A DNA stretch of 64,000 nt from Alphaproteobacteria bacterium (GTDB lineage Bacteria; Pseudomonadota; Alphaproteobacteria; UBA6615), in the NCBI GenBank assembly GCA_050246875.1, contig JBFWVF010000009.1, positions 165,097 to 229,096 on the forward strand. The letters run 5' to 3'. Below the pieces are notes generated by a model. The model made no database searches. It saw only the letters and a list, made by a program, of their open reading frames with translations, and had not been told where the DNA came from. Positions 26,127-36,576 of the stretch are shown here, in pieces. How positions within the stretch are numbered: the first letter of the stretch is position 1; the number at the start of each line of letters is the position of its first letter. The translations under genes and the position numbers were made by a program.

Positions 26127-28511
26127 ATGGCGGAAGATACGGCGGGCCTCAGCGTCCTCGACCGTCCGAACAGCTACATCGGCAAGTCGGTGCCGCGGCC
26201 GAATGCGAAGCGGCTGCTCGAAGGGCGTGGTGAGTTCGTCGACGACTTCCGCCTGCCGCGCATGGTGCATGCCGCCTTCGTGCGTTCGCCCTACGCTCAT
26301 GCCCGCATCAAGGCCATCGACGTGTCGGCGGCCAGGGCCGCCCCGGGCGTCGTCGCCGTCGTCACCGGCAAGGAGATGGCGCGCCACTGCACGCCCTGGG
26401 TCGGCGTGCTGACGCATCTGCGCGGCATCAAGTCGGCGCCGCAGCACCCGCTGGCGATCGACCGTGCCTGCTGGCAGGGCGAGGCGGTGGCCATCGTCGC
26501 CGCCTCGACGCGCGCCGAGGCCGAGGACGCGGCGGCGCTCGTCCAGGTCGAGTGGGAGGAACTGCCGGCGGTGACCGACGCCGAAACCGCTCTCGACGCG
26601 AAGACGCCGTTGATCCACCCGGACCTCGGTGACAACCTGACCTTCCAGCGCGAGCATGTCGTCGGCGAGCCCGACAAGGCCTTCGCCGAGGCCGACGCCG
26701 TGGTCGAGGAGACGTTCGTCTTCGGCCGTCACACCGGCGTCACACTGGAGCCGCGCGCCATCCTCGCCGACTGGCAGCCGGGCGAGGACAAGATGACCGT
26801 GTGGCACTCGTACCAGGCGCCGCACATGATGCAGGACCTGCTGTCGCGCCACCTCGACATACCGGCGGCGGACATCCGCGTCATCTGCCGCGACGTCGGC
26901 GGATCGTTCGGCATCAAGGTGCATCTCTATGCCGACGAGGTGGCGACCTGCACGCTCGCCAAGATGTTGTCGCGGCCGGTCAAGTTCATTGCCGACCGGC
27001 TCGAATCCTTCGTCACCGACATCCATGCCCGCGACCATCGCGTGAAGGGCCGCATGGCGCTGACGAAGGACGGTACCATCACCGCCTTCGCCGTCGACGA
27101 CCTCACCGGCATCGGGCCCTATTCGATGTATCCGCGCACCAGCGGCATCGAGGCAAACCAGGTGGTCAATCTCACCGGCGGCCCGTATCGGCATCCCCAC
27201 TACCGGGCCGTGGCGCGGGTCGTGTTCCAGAACAAGAACCTGATGTGCCAGTACCGCGCCGTCGGTCACCCCATCGCCATGGCGGTGACGGAGGGGCTGG
27301 TCGATGCCGGCGCCCGCGCCATCGGCATGGACCCGGCCGAGTTGCGCCGCCGCAATGTCATCCGCGACGACGCCTATCCGGTGAAGGGCACGGCGGGCTT
27401 GCCCTTCGAGGGCCTGTCGCACCAGCAGTCACTCGAACGCCTGCTCAAGGCGATGAACTACGACGAGCGCAAGGCCGAGCACGCCCGCCTGCGCGCGCGC
27501 GGCATCCATCGCGGCATCGGCCTCGCCATGATGATCGAGGTGACCAACCCCGGCGCCGCCTTCTACGGCATGGGCGGCGCCCGCATCTCGGCGCAGGACG
27601 GCGCCTCGGTACGCCTCGACGCCGCCGGGGCGCTGATCGTGCAATCGTCGGTGACCGAGCAGGGGCAGGGCACCGAGGGTATCCTCGCCCAGGTCGCGGC
27701 GACGGCTTTCGGCGTGCCGATGGAGGACGTGAAGGTCACCACGGGCGATACCGACAACACGCCCTACGGTGGTGGTACCTGGGCCTCGCGCGCGGCGGGC
27801 ATCGGCGGCGAGGCGGTGCTTCAGGCCTGCAAGGCGCTGCGCGAGAACGTCGTGACCATCGCCGGCGTCATGCTGCAGGCCGATCCGAAGACGCTCGACA
27901 TCCGCGACGGCAATGTCGTCGACGCCGCTGATGGCACCGAGCGCCTGACGCTGCACGAGGTCGCCCGCGTCGCCTATTTCCGTCCCGATACCCTGCCGCC
28001 CGGTTTCCAGGGCGAACCGATGGCGACGCGTCACTACGTGCCGCGCCAGTATCCGTTCTGCTTCACCAACGGCGTGCAGGCCTGCGAGGTCGAGGTCGAC
28101 CCCGAGACCGGCTTCGTGAAGCTGCTCGACTTCTGGGTGGTCGAGGATTGCGGCACGCAGATCAACCCGCAGCTCGTCGACGAGCAGGTGCGCGGTGGCG
28201 TCGTGCAGGGCCTTGGCGGCGCCATGTGGGAGGAGTGCCGCTACGACGCGGCGGGCCAGCTCCTCAACGGCAACATGGCCGACTACCTCGTGCCGCTGGC
28301 GAGCGAACTGCCCGACATGCATGTCGGCCACGTCGTGACCCCGACGCGCGAATCCGAACTGGGCGCCAAGGGCGCCGGCGAGGCCGGCACGGCCGGCGCC
28401 CCCGCCGCCGTGATGAACGCCATCAACGACGCCCTTGCGCCGCTCGGCGGCAAGGTGACCGCCATGCCCTTCACGCCGGAGCGGATTCTGGCGGCGTTGG
28501 GGAAGGTGTGA
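26127..28511 (+). CDS. Xanthine-dehydrogenase-family molybdopterin-binding large subunit (CoxL-like)
   Basis: 794 aa. N-terminal a/b-hammerhead pattern IGKSVPRPNAKRLLEGRGEFVDD...VRSPYAHARIKAID, and VGGSFGIK (GGxFG) Mo-cofactor motif. Confidence 0.85.
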   Translation: MAEDTAGLSVLDRPNSYIGKSVPRPNAKRLLEGRGEFVDDFRLPRMVHAAFVRSPYAHARIKAIDVSAARAAPGVVAVVTGKEMARHCTPWVGVLTHLRGIKSAPQHPLAIDRACWQGEAVAIVAASTRAEAEDAAALVQVEWEELPAVTDAETALDAKTPLIHPDLGDNLTFQREHVVGEPDKAFAEADAVVEETFVFGRHTGVTLEPRAILADWQPGEDKMTVWHSYQAPHMMQDLLSRHLDIPAADIRVICRDVGGSFGIKVHLYADEVATCTLAKMLSRPVKFIADRLESFVTDIHARDHRVKGRMALTKDGTITAFAVDDLTGIGPYSMYPRTSGIEANQVVNLTGGPYRHPHYRAVARVVFQNKNLMCQYRAVGHPIAMAVTEGLVDAGARAIGMDPAELRRRNVIRDDAYPVKGTAGLPFEGLSHQQSLERLLKAMNYDERKAEHARLRARGIHRGIGLAMMIEVTNPGAAFYGMGGARISAQDGASVRLDAAGALIVQSSVTEQGQGTEGILAQVAATAFGVPMEDVKVTTGDTDNTPYGGGTWASRAAGIGGEAVLQACKALRENVVTIAGVMLQADPKTLDIRDGNVVDAADGTERLTLHEVARVAYFRPDTLPPGFQGEPMATRHYVPRQYPFCFTNGVQACEVEVDPETGFVKLLDFWVVEDCGTQINPQLVDEQVRGGVVQGLGGAMWEECRYDAAGQLLNGNMADYLVPLASELPDMHVGHVVTPTRESELGAKGAGEAGTAGAPAAVMNAINDALAPLGGKVTAMPFTPERILAALGKV

Positions 28512-28563
28512 CCGGCCCTCGCGGCCAGGATATTCGCAGATTGTTGCCGCGGCCGGCGGGCAT

Positions 28564-28923
28564 TCACGACTCTGATCCCGCCGCCCGGACCCACGGCGCA
28601 TGGCGACCGTACAACGCCTCGGCACGCTGCACCGCCTGATCAGACAGCCGGACACCTTCGACCGTCACGGCCGAAACTCCCGGGATCGGCAGAAGCTTCT
28701 GGCGAATACCGAGCGCGTAGGTCACTGATTTCAGGCAACAGCCGCGGCAGGAACCGACGAACTCAAGCATCACTTCGCCGCGCGACGTCACCTCCACCAG
28801 AACGACCCCGCCGCCGTGGACCATCAGCAGCGGTTGTATCTGGCAGGCGATCACGCGCTCGACTGTGTCTCGCAGCGCCGATGGAGTCGAAGCGCTCGCG
28901 CCATTGCCCATCGCGGCAGGCAT
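28564..28923 (-). CDS. NifU/Nfu-like Fe-S scaffold domain protein
   Basis: The 119 C-terminal codons of ORF 28564..29475. ATG 28923 overlaps the upstream TGA as ATGA. IQPLLMVHGGGVVLVEVTSRGEVMLEFVGSCRGCCLKSVTYALGIRQKL matches the Nfu domain, including CxxC. Confidence 0.7.
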   Translation of the reverse strand: MPAAMGNGASASTPSALRDTVERVIACQIQPLLMVHGGGVVLVEVTSRGEVMLEFVGSCRGCCLKSVTYALGIRQKLLPIPGVSAVTVEGVRLSDQAVQRAEALYGRHAPWVRAAGSES

Positions 28924-29945
28924 CACGCGGCGAGACCCAGGCTGGCGATCTTGGCGTCGATATCCACGTTGAACAGCCGCGCCTGGTTTTTGCCGAGGAT
29001 CATGCGCTTGTCCGCTTCCGTGATTTGCGGGAAGCCGTACCGGTCCTGCAGTTCCTCGTCGATCTGCATGTCCCAGAACCACTCCACGATCGGCGTCGGA
29101 TTGCCGAGCAACGGGGCTTCGGAGCCCCACAGGATACGGTCGGCCCCAACGTCGCGTAGCAGACGCCCGATGTAGGTCTTGAACTCCCACGGCGAGATTA
29201 CCGGCAAGTTCATCACTCCCGAGAGCACCAGTACAACGTTGGGGAAGCGCGCAGCGATGAACACCGTCTCCTCGAAGTAGGGCACGGCGAGATGGTGAAT
29301 GGCGAAGGTCAGGTCGGGAAAATCGGTCGCCGCCTGCTGCAAGTCGACGGGGCGCAGCGCGTCGAGGTTCGAGCGCGTGATCGGAAGGCCCTTGTGAAAC
29401 TGCAGCACGTCGATGCCGAGCGCCTGTGCCCGTTCGTACAACGGATAGGCGACGCGGCGGTCGTCGCAACGCCAAGTCCGGCCATCAATATGGCCATTGT
29501 AGAACTTGAACGAGACCGCACCCATCTCCTGCACCTGGCGCGTCATCTCGTCGAGCGCGGTTTGAAGGTCGGGATATCCCGGATCGACCGCGCCGCAGAA
29601 GAGCGCGCGTTCCGGGAAAGCCTGCGCGAATGCGTGTTGCGCCCGGACCGGTGCAAACCCGTCCTTGTAGACATCGTAGAGCGGCACGGCCTGAGCCATC
29701 GCCATGTCGATGCACGACTCGGCGAACACCAGCCGACCGAGATCCTCGACGGTCCATCGGCGCGCGAAGTCCTTCATCGGATCGGCGACGCCTCGCGCTG
29801 CGTCCTGGCCCCATGGCCGAAGCCCGGCGCCGAGGCCCAGATGGAGATCCCGGTCGCGGCGATTGTCGGAACGCGCAAGGTTGTCGTCCGAGTTGTCGTA
29901 CATGTGCACGACGTTGTCGAACACGAAGACGTCGCCATTAAGCAT
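28923..29945 (-). CDS. Amidohydrolase-2 (TIM-barrel) family protein
   Basis: ORF 28923..30422, trimmed to ATG 29945 (MLNGDVFVFDNVVHMYD). C-terminal ILWGSEAPL...ILGKNQARLF is typical of PF04909-like proteins. The N-terminal motif is DxxxH rather than HxH. Confidence 0.7.
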   Translation of the reverse strand: MLNGDVFVFDNVVHMYDNSDDNLARSDNRRDRDLHLGLGAGLRPWGQDAARGVADPMKDFARRWTVEDLGRLVFAESCIDMAMAQAVPLYDVYKDGFAPVRAQHAFAQAFPERALFCGAVDPGYPDLQTALDEMTRQVQEMGAVSFKFYNGHIDGRTWRCDDRRVAYPLYERAQALGIDVLQFHKGLPITRSNLDALRPVDLQQAATDFPDLTFAIHHLAVPYFEETVFIAARFPNVVLVLSGVMNLPVISPWEFKTYIGRLLRDVGADRILWGSEAPLLGNPTPIVEWFWDMQIDEELQDRYGFPQITEADKRMILGKNQARLFNVDIDAKIASLGLAA

Positions 29946-30053
29946 CGTTCGTTCCTGCAGTCGAAGCTGGCTGCCGGAGCCTTCAGGCCATCGGCTTGCG
30001 CAACTTGACCTGCTGGCTTCAATATTGGAAATTCTAAAAAATGAATTAGTAAT

Positions 30054-30066
30054 TCGGAAAATCCGA
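30054..30066. promoter_or_regulatory. Candidate LysR box (T-N11-A dyad)
   Basis: TCGGAAAATCCGA has a perfect 4-bp dyad TCGG/CCGA. It lies in the AT-rich divergent region between the amidohydrolase (start 29945) and the LysR gene (start 30069). Confidence 0.3.
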
Positions 30067-30068
30067 AA

Positions 30069-30965
30069 ATGCCGAGCCTGCGTCAGATCCGCTACTTTCT
30101 TGGCGCTGCGGACACCGGCAAGGTCTCTGCCGCTGCCGCATTGCTGAACATTTCGCAGTCCTCCGTCACCGTTGCCATCCAGGAACTCGAAGCCGAGTTG
30201 GGAGTCACCCTGTTCGAACGTCATGCCGGGGGGCTGCGGCTGACCCACGAGGGTCAGAAATTCCTGCCCTACGCCCTCAACATCGAGGCCTCGGTCGCCG
30301 ACGCGGTCAAATCGATGCGGCAAAGCGCATCCGGCATTGCAGGCGAAGTGCGACTGGGAACGACCGCGGGCCCTTCCGGGTACCTGCTGTTTCCAATCCT
30401 CGAACGTTTCCGCCGGTCGCAACCCGACATCGCGATCAGGGTCGTCGAGTGCCGTCGGCCGGACCTGCAGCGCATGCTGCTTTCCGGCGAACTCGACCTC
30501 GGGCTGATGCTGATTTCGAACCTTACCGACAGGAGCAGGTACCGGACGCGTTGCCTGTTGCGATCACAACGTGGGCTGTGGCTCTCGAGCGCACACCCGC
30601 TGGCGCGGCAGAAGAGCATCTCGTTCGCCGATTTGCGCGACGAACCGTACGTCATGTTTGAACTCGACGAGGCGGATCAGACCTTGCCTATGGTCTGGAA
30701 AAAATACGGCTTCTCGCCGAACATCGTGTTTACGACGGGCGTCCCGGCGGCAGTGCGTACCTTCGTCGCCACCGGGGGGGCCGTCACGATCCTGTCGGAA
30801 CTGCTTTACAGGCCGTGGTCTCTCGACGGTGGACGCGTCGAGATGCGCGTGTTGCAGGAACCCATTCCGACCATGGATGTCGGCTTCGTATGGAAGCGCC
30901 GGCGCGAGCTGTCGGGAGCCGAAGTCGCGCTATGCGACTACTTCGCCGCCGCCTGCAATTCGTAG
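30069..30965 (+). CDS. LysR-family transcriptional regulator
   Basis: N-terminal HTH LRQIRYFLGAADTGKVSAAAALLNISQSSVTVAIQELEAELGVTLFER. 298 aa. Confidence 0.9.
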   Translation: MPSLRQIRYFLGAADTGKVSAAAALLNISQSSVTVAIQELEAELGVTLFERHAGGLRLTHEGQKFLPYALNIEASVADAVKSMRQSASGIAGEVRLGTTAGPSGYLLFPILERFRRSQPDIAIRVVECRRPDLQRMLLSGELDLGLMLISNLTDRSRYRTRCLLRSQRGLWLSSAHPLARQKSISFADLRDEPYVMFELDEADQTLPMVWKKYGFSPNIVFTTGVPAAVRTFVATGGAVTILSELLYRPWSLDGGRVEMRVLQEPIPTMDVGFVWKRRRELSGAEVALCDYFAAACNS

Positions 30966-30989
30966 CGCAAGCGGCCCGCTGCCGAGGAA

Positions 30990-32291
30990 TCAGTCTTCGT
31001 GCCGCTCCTCCGGTGGCCGCACCCTGCGGAACATGGCCAGCAGCGCGAGGTCGTAGGCGACCTTCAGCGTGCCGGCGATCAGTAGCGGCCAGGCGAAGCT
31101 CGACGCCGCCAGCAGCGCGCCGGCCAGCGCCGGCGTCGCCGCCGAGGCAAGGCTGCGCGGGACCGAGGTGAGGCTTGCCGCCGCGGGACGCTCGGCCGGT
31201 GTCACCACCGCCATGACGTAGGATGAGCGCGTCGGCACGTCCATCTGCGACAGCAGCGAGCGGCCGACCAGGAGGGCGATCGCCTGCCACAGCTCCGGCA
31301 CGAACGGCACCGCAATCAGTGCGAGATTCGCCGGCAGGTGGCTGAACACCATCACGTTGATCAGCCCGAAGCGGCGCGCCAGGGGCACGGCGGCGAGGTA
31401 GGAGAGGGCCGTGGCGATGTTGATCCAGAAGAAGATCGAGGCTGCCGCCGTCAGTGACAGGTCGAAACGCTGGAACAGCCACAGCGCCAGCATCGACTGC
31501 ACGATGAAGCCGCCGGCGAAGGCGTCGACGCCGAACAGGGCGGCAAGGCGGTAGACGACGCCGCGCGACGGGCCAAGGGCGGCACGCGGCGCACCGGCTG
31601 GCGCGACCGGCAGGGGCGCGACGCGGCGGTAGATCAGCGCGATGGCGACGCCGAACACGGCGTAGAGCGCGAACAGCGCCTGCATGACGGACAGCGGCGT
31701 CCAGCCGAGCCATGCGCCGCCGAGGTCGGGAAGGGCGACCAGCAGTGTGCCCGCCGCGCCGCACAGTCCGCCGGCGAGGCTGTAGCGCGCGAAGAGTGCG
31801 GTGCGGTCGCGGTCGGCGACCGCATGGGCAAGCAGCGTCTGTTCCAGCGGCAGGAAGACGCTGACCTCGCCGGCCGAGGGGTTGAGCGTGCCAACCAGCG
31901 CCACCAGCAGCAGCGGCCAGAAGGCGTCGAGGGTAGCGAAGCCGAGGCCGGTCATCACCATCAGCGCCGCGCCCGCGAGCAGCAGCGCAGGCAGCCGGGC
32001 CCGGCCGGCGACGAAGCCGACACCCAGGGTCATGGCCGCCGAGCCGAGCAGGGTCGCGGTGGTCAGCAGGCCGATGTGGAAGGCATCGACGCCTAGGTGG
32101 AGGAGATAGACCGGCAGCAGGACGCTGACATAGCCGTCGGCAAACGCGCGCAGCGCCCGGGCGGCGATGACCCGGGCCGCGCCGGGGCCGGCGCTCGCCG
32201 GCAACAGGGCAATCCGCCGAGGAATGACAGGGTCCGCCAGTCGGGCGCCCATCGGCGCGGTCCGCCAGTCTACCAACGGTGGCCGTGCCAT
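30990..32291 (-). CDS. MFS transporter
   Basis: About 12 hydrophobic helices. The start is uncertain (GTG 32333, ATG 32291, ATG 32252). Confidence 0.8.
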   Translation of the reverse strand: MARPPLVDWRTAPMGARLADPVIPRRIALLPASAGPGAARVIAARALRAFADGYVSVLLPVYLLHLGVDAFHIGLLTTATLLGSAAMTLGVGFVAGRARLPALLLAGAALMVMTGLGFATLDAFWPLLLVALVGTLNPSAGEVSVFLPLEQTLLAHAVADRDRTALFARYSLAGGLCGAAGTLLVALPDLGGAWLGWTPLSVMQALFALYAVFGVAIALIYRRVAPLPVAPAGAPRAALGPSRGVVYRLAALFGVDAFAGGFIVQSMLALWLFQRFDLSLTAAASIFFWINIATALSYLAAVPLARRFGLINVMVFSHLPANLALIAVPFVPELWQAIALLVGRSLLSQMDVPTRSSYVMAVVTPAERPAAASLTSVPRSLASAATPALAGALLAASSFAWPLLIAGTLKVAYDLALLAMFRRVRPPEERHED

Positions 32292-32403
32292 ACAGCACCC
32301 GCCGTGGCGCGGCCGCTCCGGCGCGCTCCGCACTCACGGGCCGTTAAGGATTTCGTGGCTAGTGTGCGTTTCGAAATCCCGCCCAAGACCTCGGTGCTTC
32401 AGA

Positions 32404-33714
32404 ATGAAACCGGCCGAGTTGCAGAAAATCCTCCTCGCGCACGCCCAGTGGTTGAACCACATAACTGGCGGCCGGCGCGCCAACCTCGCCATGCAGGATC
32501 TGCGCAATTTCCGCCTCGACCGCGCGCTGCTGCGGCGCGCCAAGCTGTCGGGCGCCAATCTCGCCGGCGTCTCGCTGATCGACGCGGATCTCGAGGAAGC
32601 CGATCTGTTCGGCACCATGCTCAACGGCGCCGATCTGTCGGGCGCCAATCTCGAAGGCGCCGACCTGCGCGGCGCCCATCTGCGCGGCGTCCGGCTGGAA
32701 GGCGCGCGCCTCGACCGCGCCGACCTGCGCGGCGGCACGATGCTGGTCGGGGCGAGCGGCAACGACGGCGCCCGGCACGACCCCAAGAGCTTCGAGCATC
32801 TGAGCTTCGACAGGGCCAATGCCGGCGGCGCCGACCTCTCCGGCGCCAACCTTGCCGGCTCACACATGTCCGGCGCCCGCCTGAACGGCGCCAACCTCAC
32901 CGATGTCGACCTCAACGGCGCCGACCTCACCGATGCCAGCCTCACCGGCGCCACGCTCACCCGCAGCAACCTGGCCGGCGCGACGCTGCGCGGCGCCAAT
33001 CTGAGCGATGCGGTGCTCGACGGCGCGATCCTGCGCGGCGCCGATCTCAAGGGCGCACGGCTCGAACGGGTCGACCTCGACAGCGCCGACATGGAAGGCG
33101 CCGAGGTGACGCGGCCGCAGGAGGCCTTCTCCGAGGACATCCAGGACATCCTGACCCAGCACTTCAAATGGATCGAGACGAGCGGGCGCGAGGGCCGGCG
33201 TGCCAACCTCGCCAACCAGAACCTCGAACGCATCGAACTGGCCAATGCCAACCTCTCCGGCGCGACGATGAGCGGCGCCCGCCTGCGCGGCGCCAATCTC
33301 GCCATGGCCCGGCTCGTGATGACCGATCTGCAGGGCGCCATCCTCGACGGCGCGACCCTGCGCGAGGCGACGCTCGACGGCGCCGACATGCGCGGCGTCT
33401 CGATGGTCGGCGCCCGCCTGGATCGGGCCAAGCTGTCGCCGGTCGGCATCAAGGACGGGCAGGGCAAGCAGACCGGGCGCGAGTGGCCGACCAACCTCTC
33501 CGGCGCCAATCTGACGCGCGCCCGCTTTGTCGGCGCCGACCTCGCGGCGGTGAATTTCGAGGGTGCCAACCTGACCGGCGCGGATCTGTCGCGCGCCAAC
33601 ATCGCCCGCGCCAACCTCGCCAATGCCCGTCTCGAAGGAACGCGGTTGGAGGGTGCGACACGCGCCGAGGCAACGCCGGAGCCAGCCGAAGCGCCCCTGC
33701 GGGCGGCCGGCTAG
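32404..33714 (+). CDS. Pentapeptide-repeat protein (two tandem modules)
   Basis: ORF 32167..33714, trimmed to ATG 32404 (MKPAELQKILLAHAQWL). It has long runs of A(D/N)LxG pentapeptides. Confidence 0.9.
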   Translation: MKPAELQKILLAHAQWLNHITGGRRANLAMQDLRNFRLDRALLRRAKLSGANLAGVSLIDADLEEADLFGTMLNGADLSGANLEGADLRGAHLRGVRLEGARLDRADLRGGTMLVGASGNDGARHDPKSFEHLSFDRANAGGADLSGANLAGSHMSGARLNGANLTDVDLNGADLTDASLTGATLTRSNLAGATLRGANLSDAVLDGAILRGADLKGARLERVDLDSADMEGAEVTRPQEAFSEDIQDILTQHFKWIETSGREGRRANLANQNLERIELANANLSGATMSGARLRGANLAMARLVMTDLQGAILDGATLREATLDGADMRGVSMVGARLDRAKLSPVGIKDGQGKQTGREWPTNLSGANLTRARFVGADLAAVNFEGANLTGADLSRANIARANLANARLEGTRLEGATRAEATPEPAEAPLRAAG

Positions 33715-33746
33715 GTCATACGACAGCCGGGTTCCGGTCCTACTTT

Positions 33747-34214
33747 CTACAGAACCTGGTAGAACTCGTAGAGCGGTCCGGTCGGCAGGCGATGGCCGGT
33801 GCCGACCGTCACGATCCTGTTCAGCCAGCCATATTTGTCCGAGCCGGTCTCGAAGAACGGCGCGTTGCGGAAGTAATACGCCGACGGATCGACCTCCTCG
33901 CCGCGGGCGATCGCCGCGATGACGTCCACCGGCCCGTGCCGCACCCCGCGATAGGTCATGTAGATCAGGTGCTCGTCGTCGGTGACCAGCGTCAGGCGGA
34001 CATCCATCTGCCAGGCGCCGTCATTGCGGACGAGGATCCAGTCGCCGCCTGTCGGGCCGACCGTGCCGCGCAGCTTCGGCCCCTCGAAGCTGCCGCCCGA
34101 AACGCCGGCTATGACGCGCGTGCCGAACGGGGTCTTTTCCAGAATCCTCGGCTTGTCGACGGCGAACTTCGCGGCGAACAGGAACTCGGTGCGGATCGGC
34201 GGCAGTTGCGGCAT
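33747..34214 (-). CDS. DUF3237 (UPF0311) family protein
   Basis: ATG 34214, 155 aa. The pattern GTRVIAGVSGGSFEGPKLRGTVGPTGGDW...RLTLVTDDEHLIYMTYRG matches the family as I recall it. Confidence 0.65.
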   Translation of the reverse strand: MPQLPPIRTEFLFAAKFAVDKPRILEKTPFGTRVIAGVSGGSFEGPKLRGTVGPTGGDWILVRNDGAWQMDVRLTLVTDDEHLIYMTYRGVRHGPVDVIAAIARGEEVDPSAYYFRNAPFFETGSDKYGWLNRIVTVGTGHRLPTGPLYEFYQVL

Positions 34215-34366
34215 GGCACACCTCGCGGAACCGGCCGACTTCATGCGTCACGTCAGGCGTAACGCCCCGGACACGCGCAGCCTCGCGTACCCGTCACATG
34301 AAGTGCGGTCGAATTAGCGAATCGGATCAGGGGATTGTCGCGTCCGGCTAAGTTGACGCGATAGCA

Positions 34367-34741
34367 TCAGGCGGCGGGTTCGGCCGTCGACTGGCGGGCG
34401 ACGAGCTGCCAGTTGCCGCCGCGCCTGGCCCAGACATGCAGGTAGCGGTTGCGCAGCTTGCGTTCCTCGCCCTTGAGCTGTGCCTTCATCTCGGCGACGG
34501 CATGGACAATGGCGATGTCGCCGAGCAGGCGGATCTTCTCGCCCGTGCGGTTGATCTCGAGATAGCGCGTGCCGCCCGCCTTGAGGCCGGCGATGAAGCT
34601 GTCCTTGCCGTCGACGCGGGCCGAGGAGTGCGTCCAGACGAGGTCGTCGCCGAACAGCGTACCAAGCGCCTTGTCGTCGGCGGCGATCATGGCCGCGCCC
34701 AGGCGGCCCTCACATGCTGCGATGTCCTGCTCAGCACTCAT
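34367..34741 (-). CDS. SnoaL-like / NTF2-fold (DUF4440-like) protein
   Basis: ATG 34741, 124 aa. The assignment rests on size and pattern (…DDLVWTHSSARVDGKDSF…NWQLVARQST) only. Confidence 0.5.
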   Translation of the reverse strand: MSAEQDIAACEGRLGAAMIAADDKALGTLFGDDLVWTHSSARVDGKDSFIAGLKAGGTRYLEINRTGEKIRLLGDIAIVHAVAEMKAQLKGEERKLRNRYLHVWARRGGNWQLVARQSTAEPAA

Positions 34742-34854
34742 GGCGTTCCCCTGATGTCCTAACCGGCCGCGCGCGGGCCGTTCGGGCGACGACGTAGCAT
34801 TTCGCGGCCGCGGGCGGAACACCCGGGCCGCCGAATGCAGCGGGGAAGCGCCGG

Positions 34855-36378
<1,524 letters not shown>

Positions 36379-36576
36379 TTGCGTGGAAATAACCGGCCTT
36401 TCGCCAGAGGGAACATTGTGCATTGCAAACACAAATGGAGGTGAACCGCCTAAATGTCCAGTGATTCTGTCGTATCGGGTTCGGGCACAGAGCGGCAAAT
36501 TGACCCGGACAAACGTTCGCGCGAGGCTGTAAAAGCCGGTGCAGCGACCGGCCGCGCAAGGGGCAGTTCATCGTCC

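Noticed and set aside
32097-34262. 721-aa plus-strand ORF and 429-aa minus-strand ORF (32334..33623) over the pentapeptide gene
   Set aside because: These are alternate or antisense frames of a 15-nt periodic repeat and are Arg-rich. The ORF 32167..33714 frame alone yields A(D/N)LxG repeats; the called gene is that ORF trimmed to ATG 32404.
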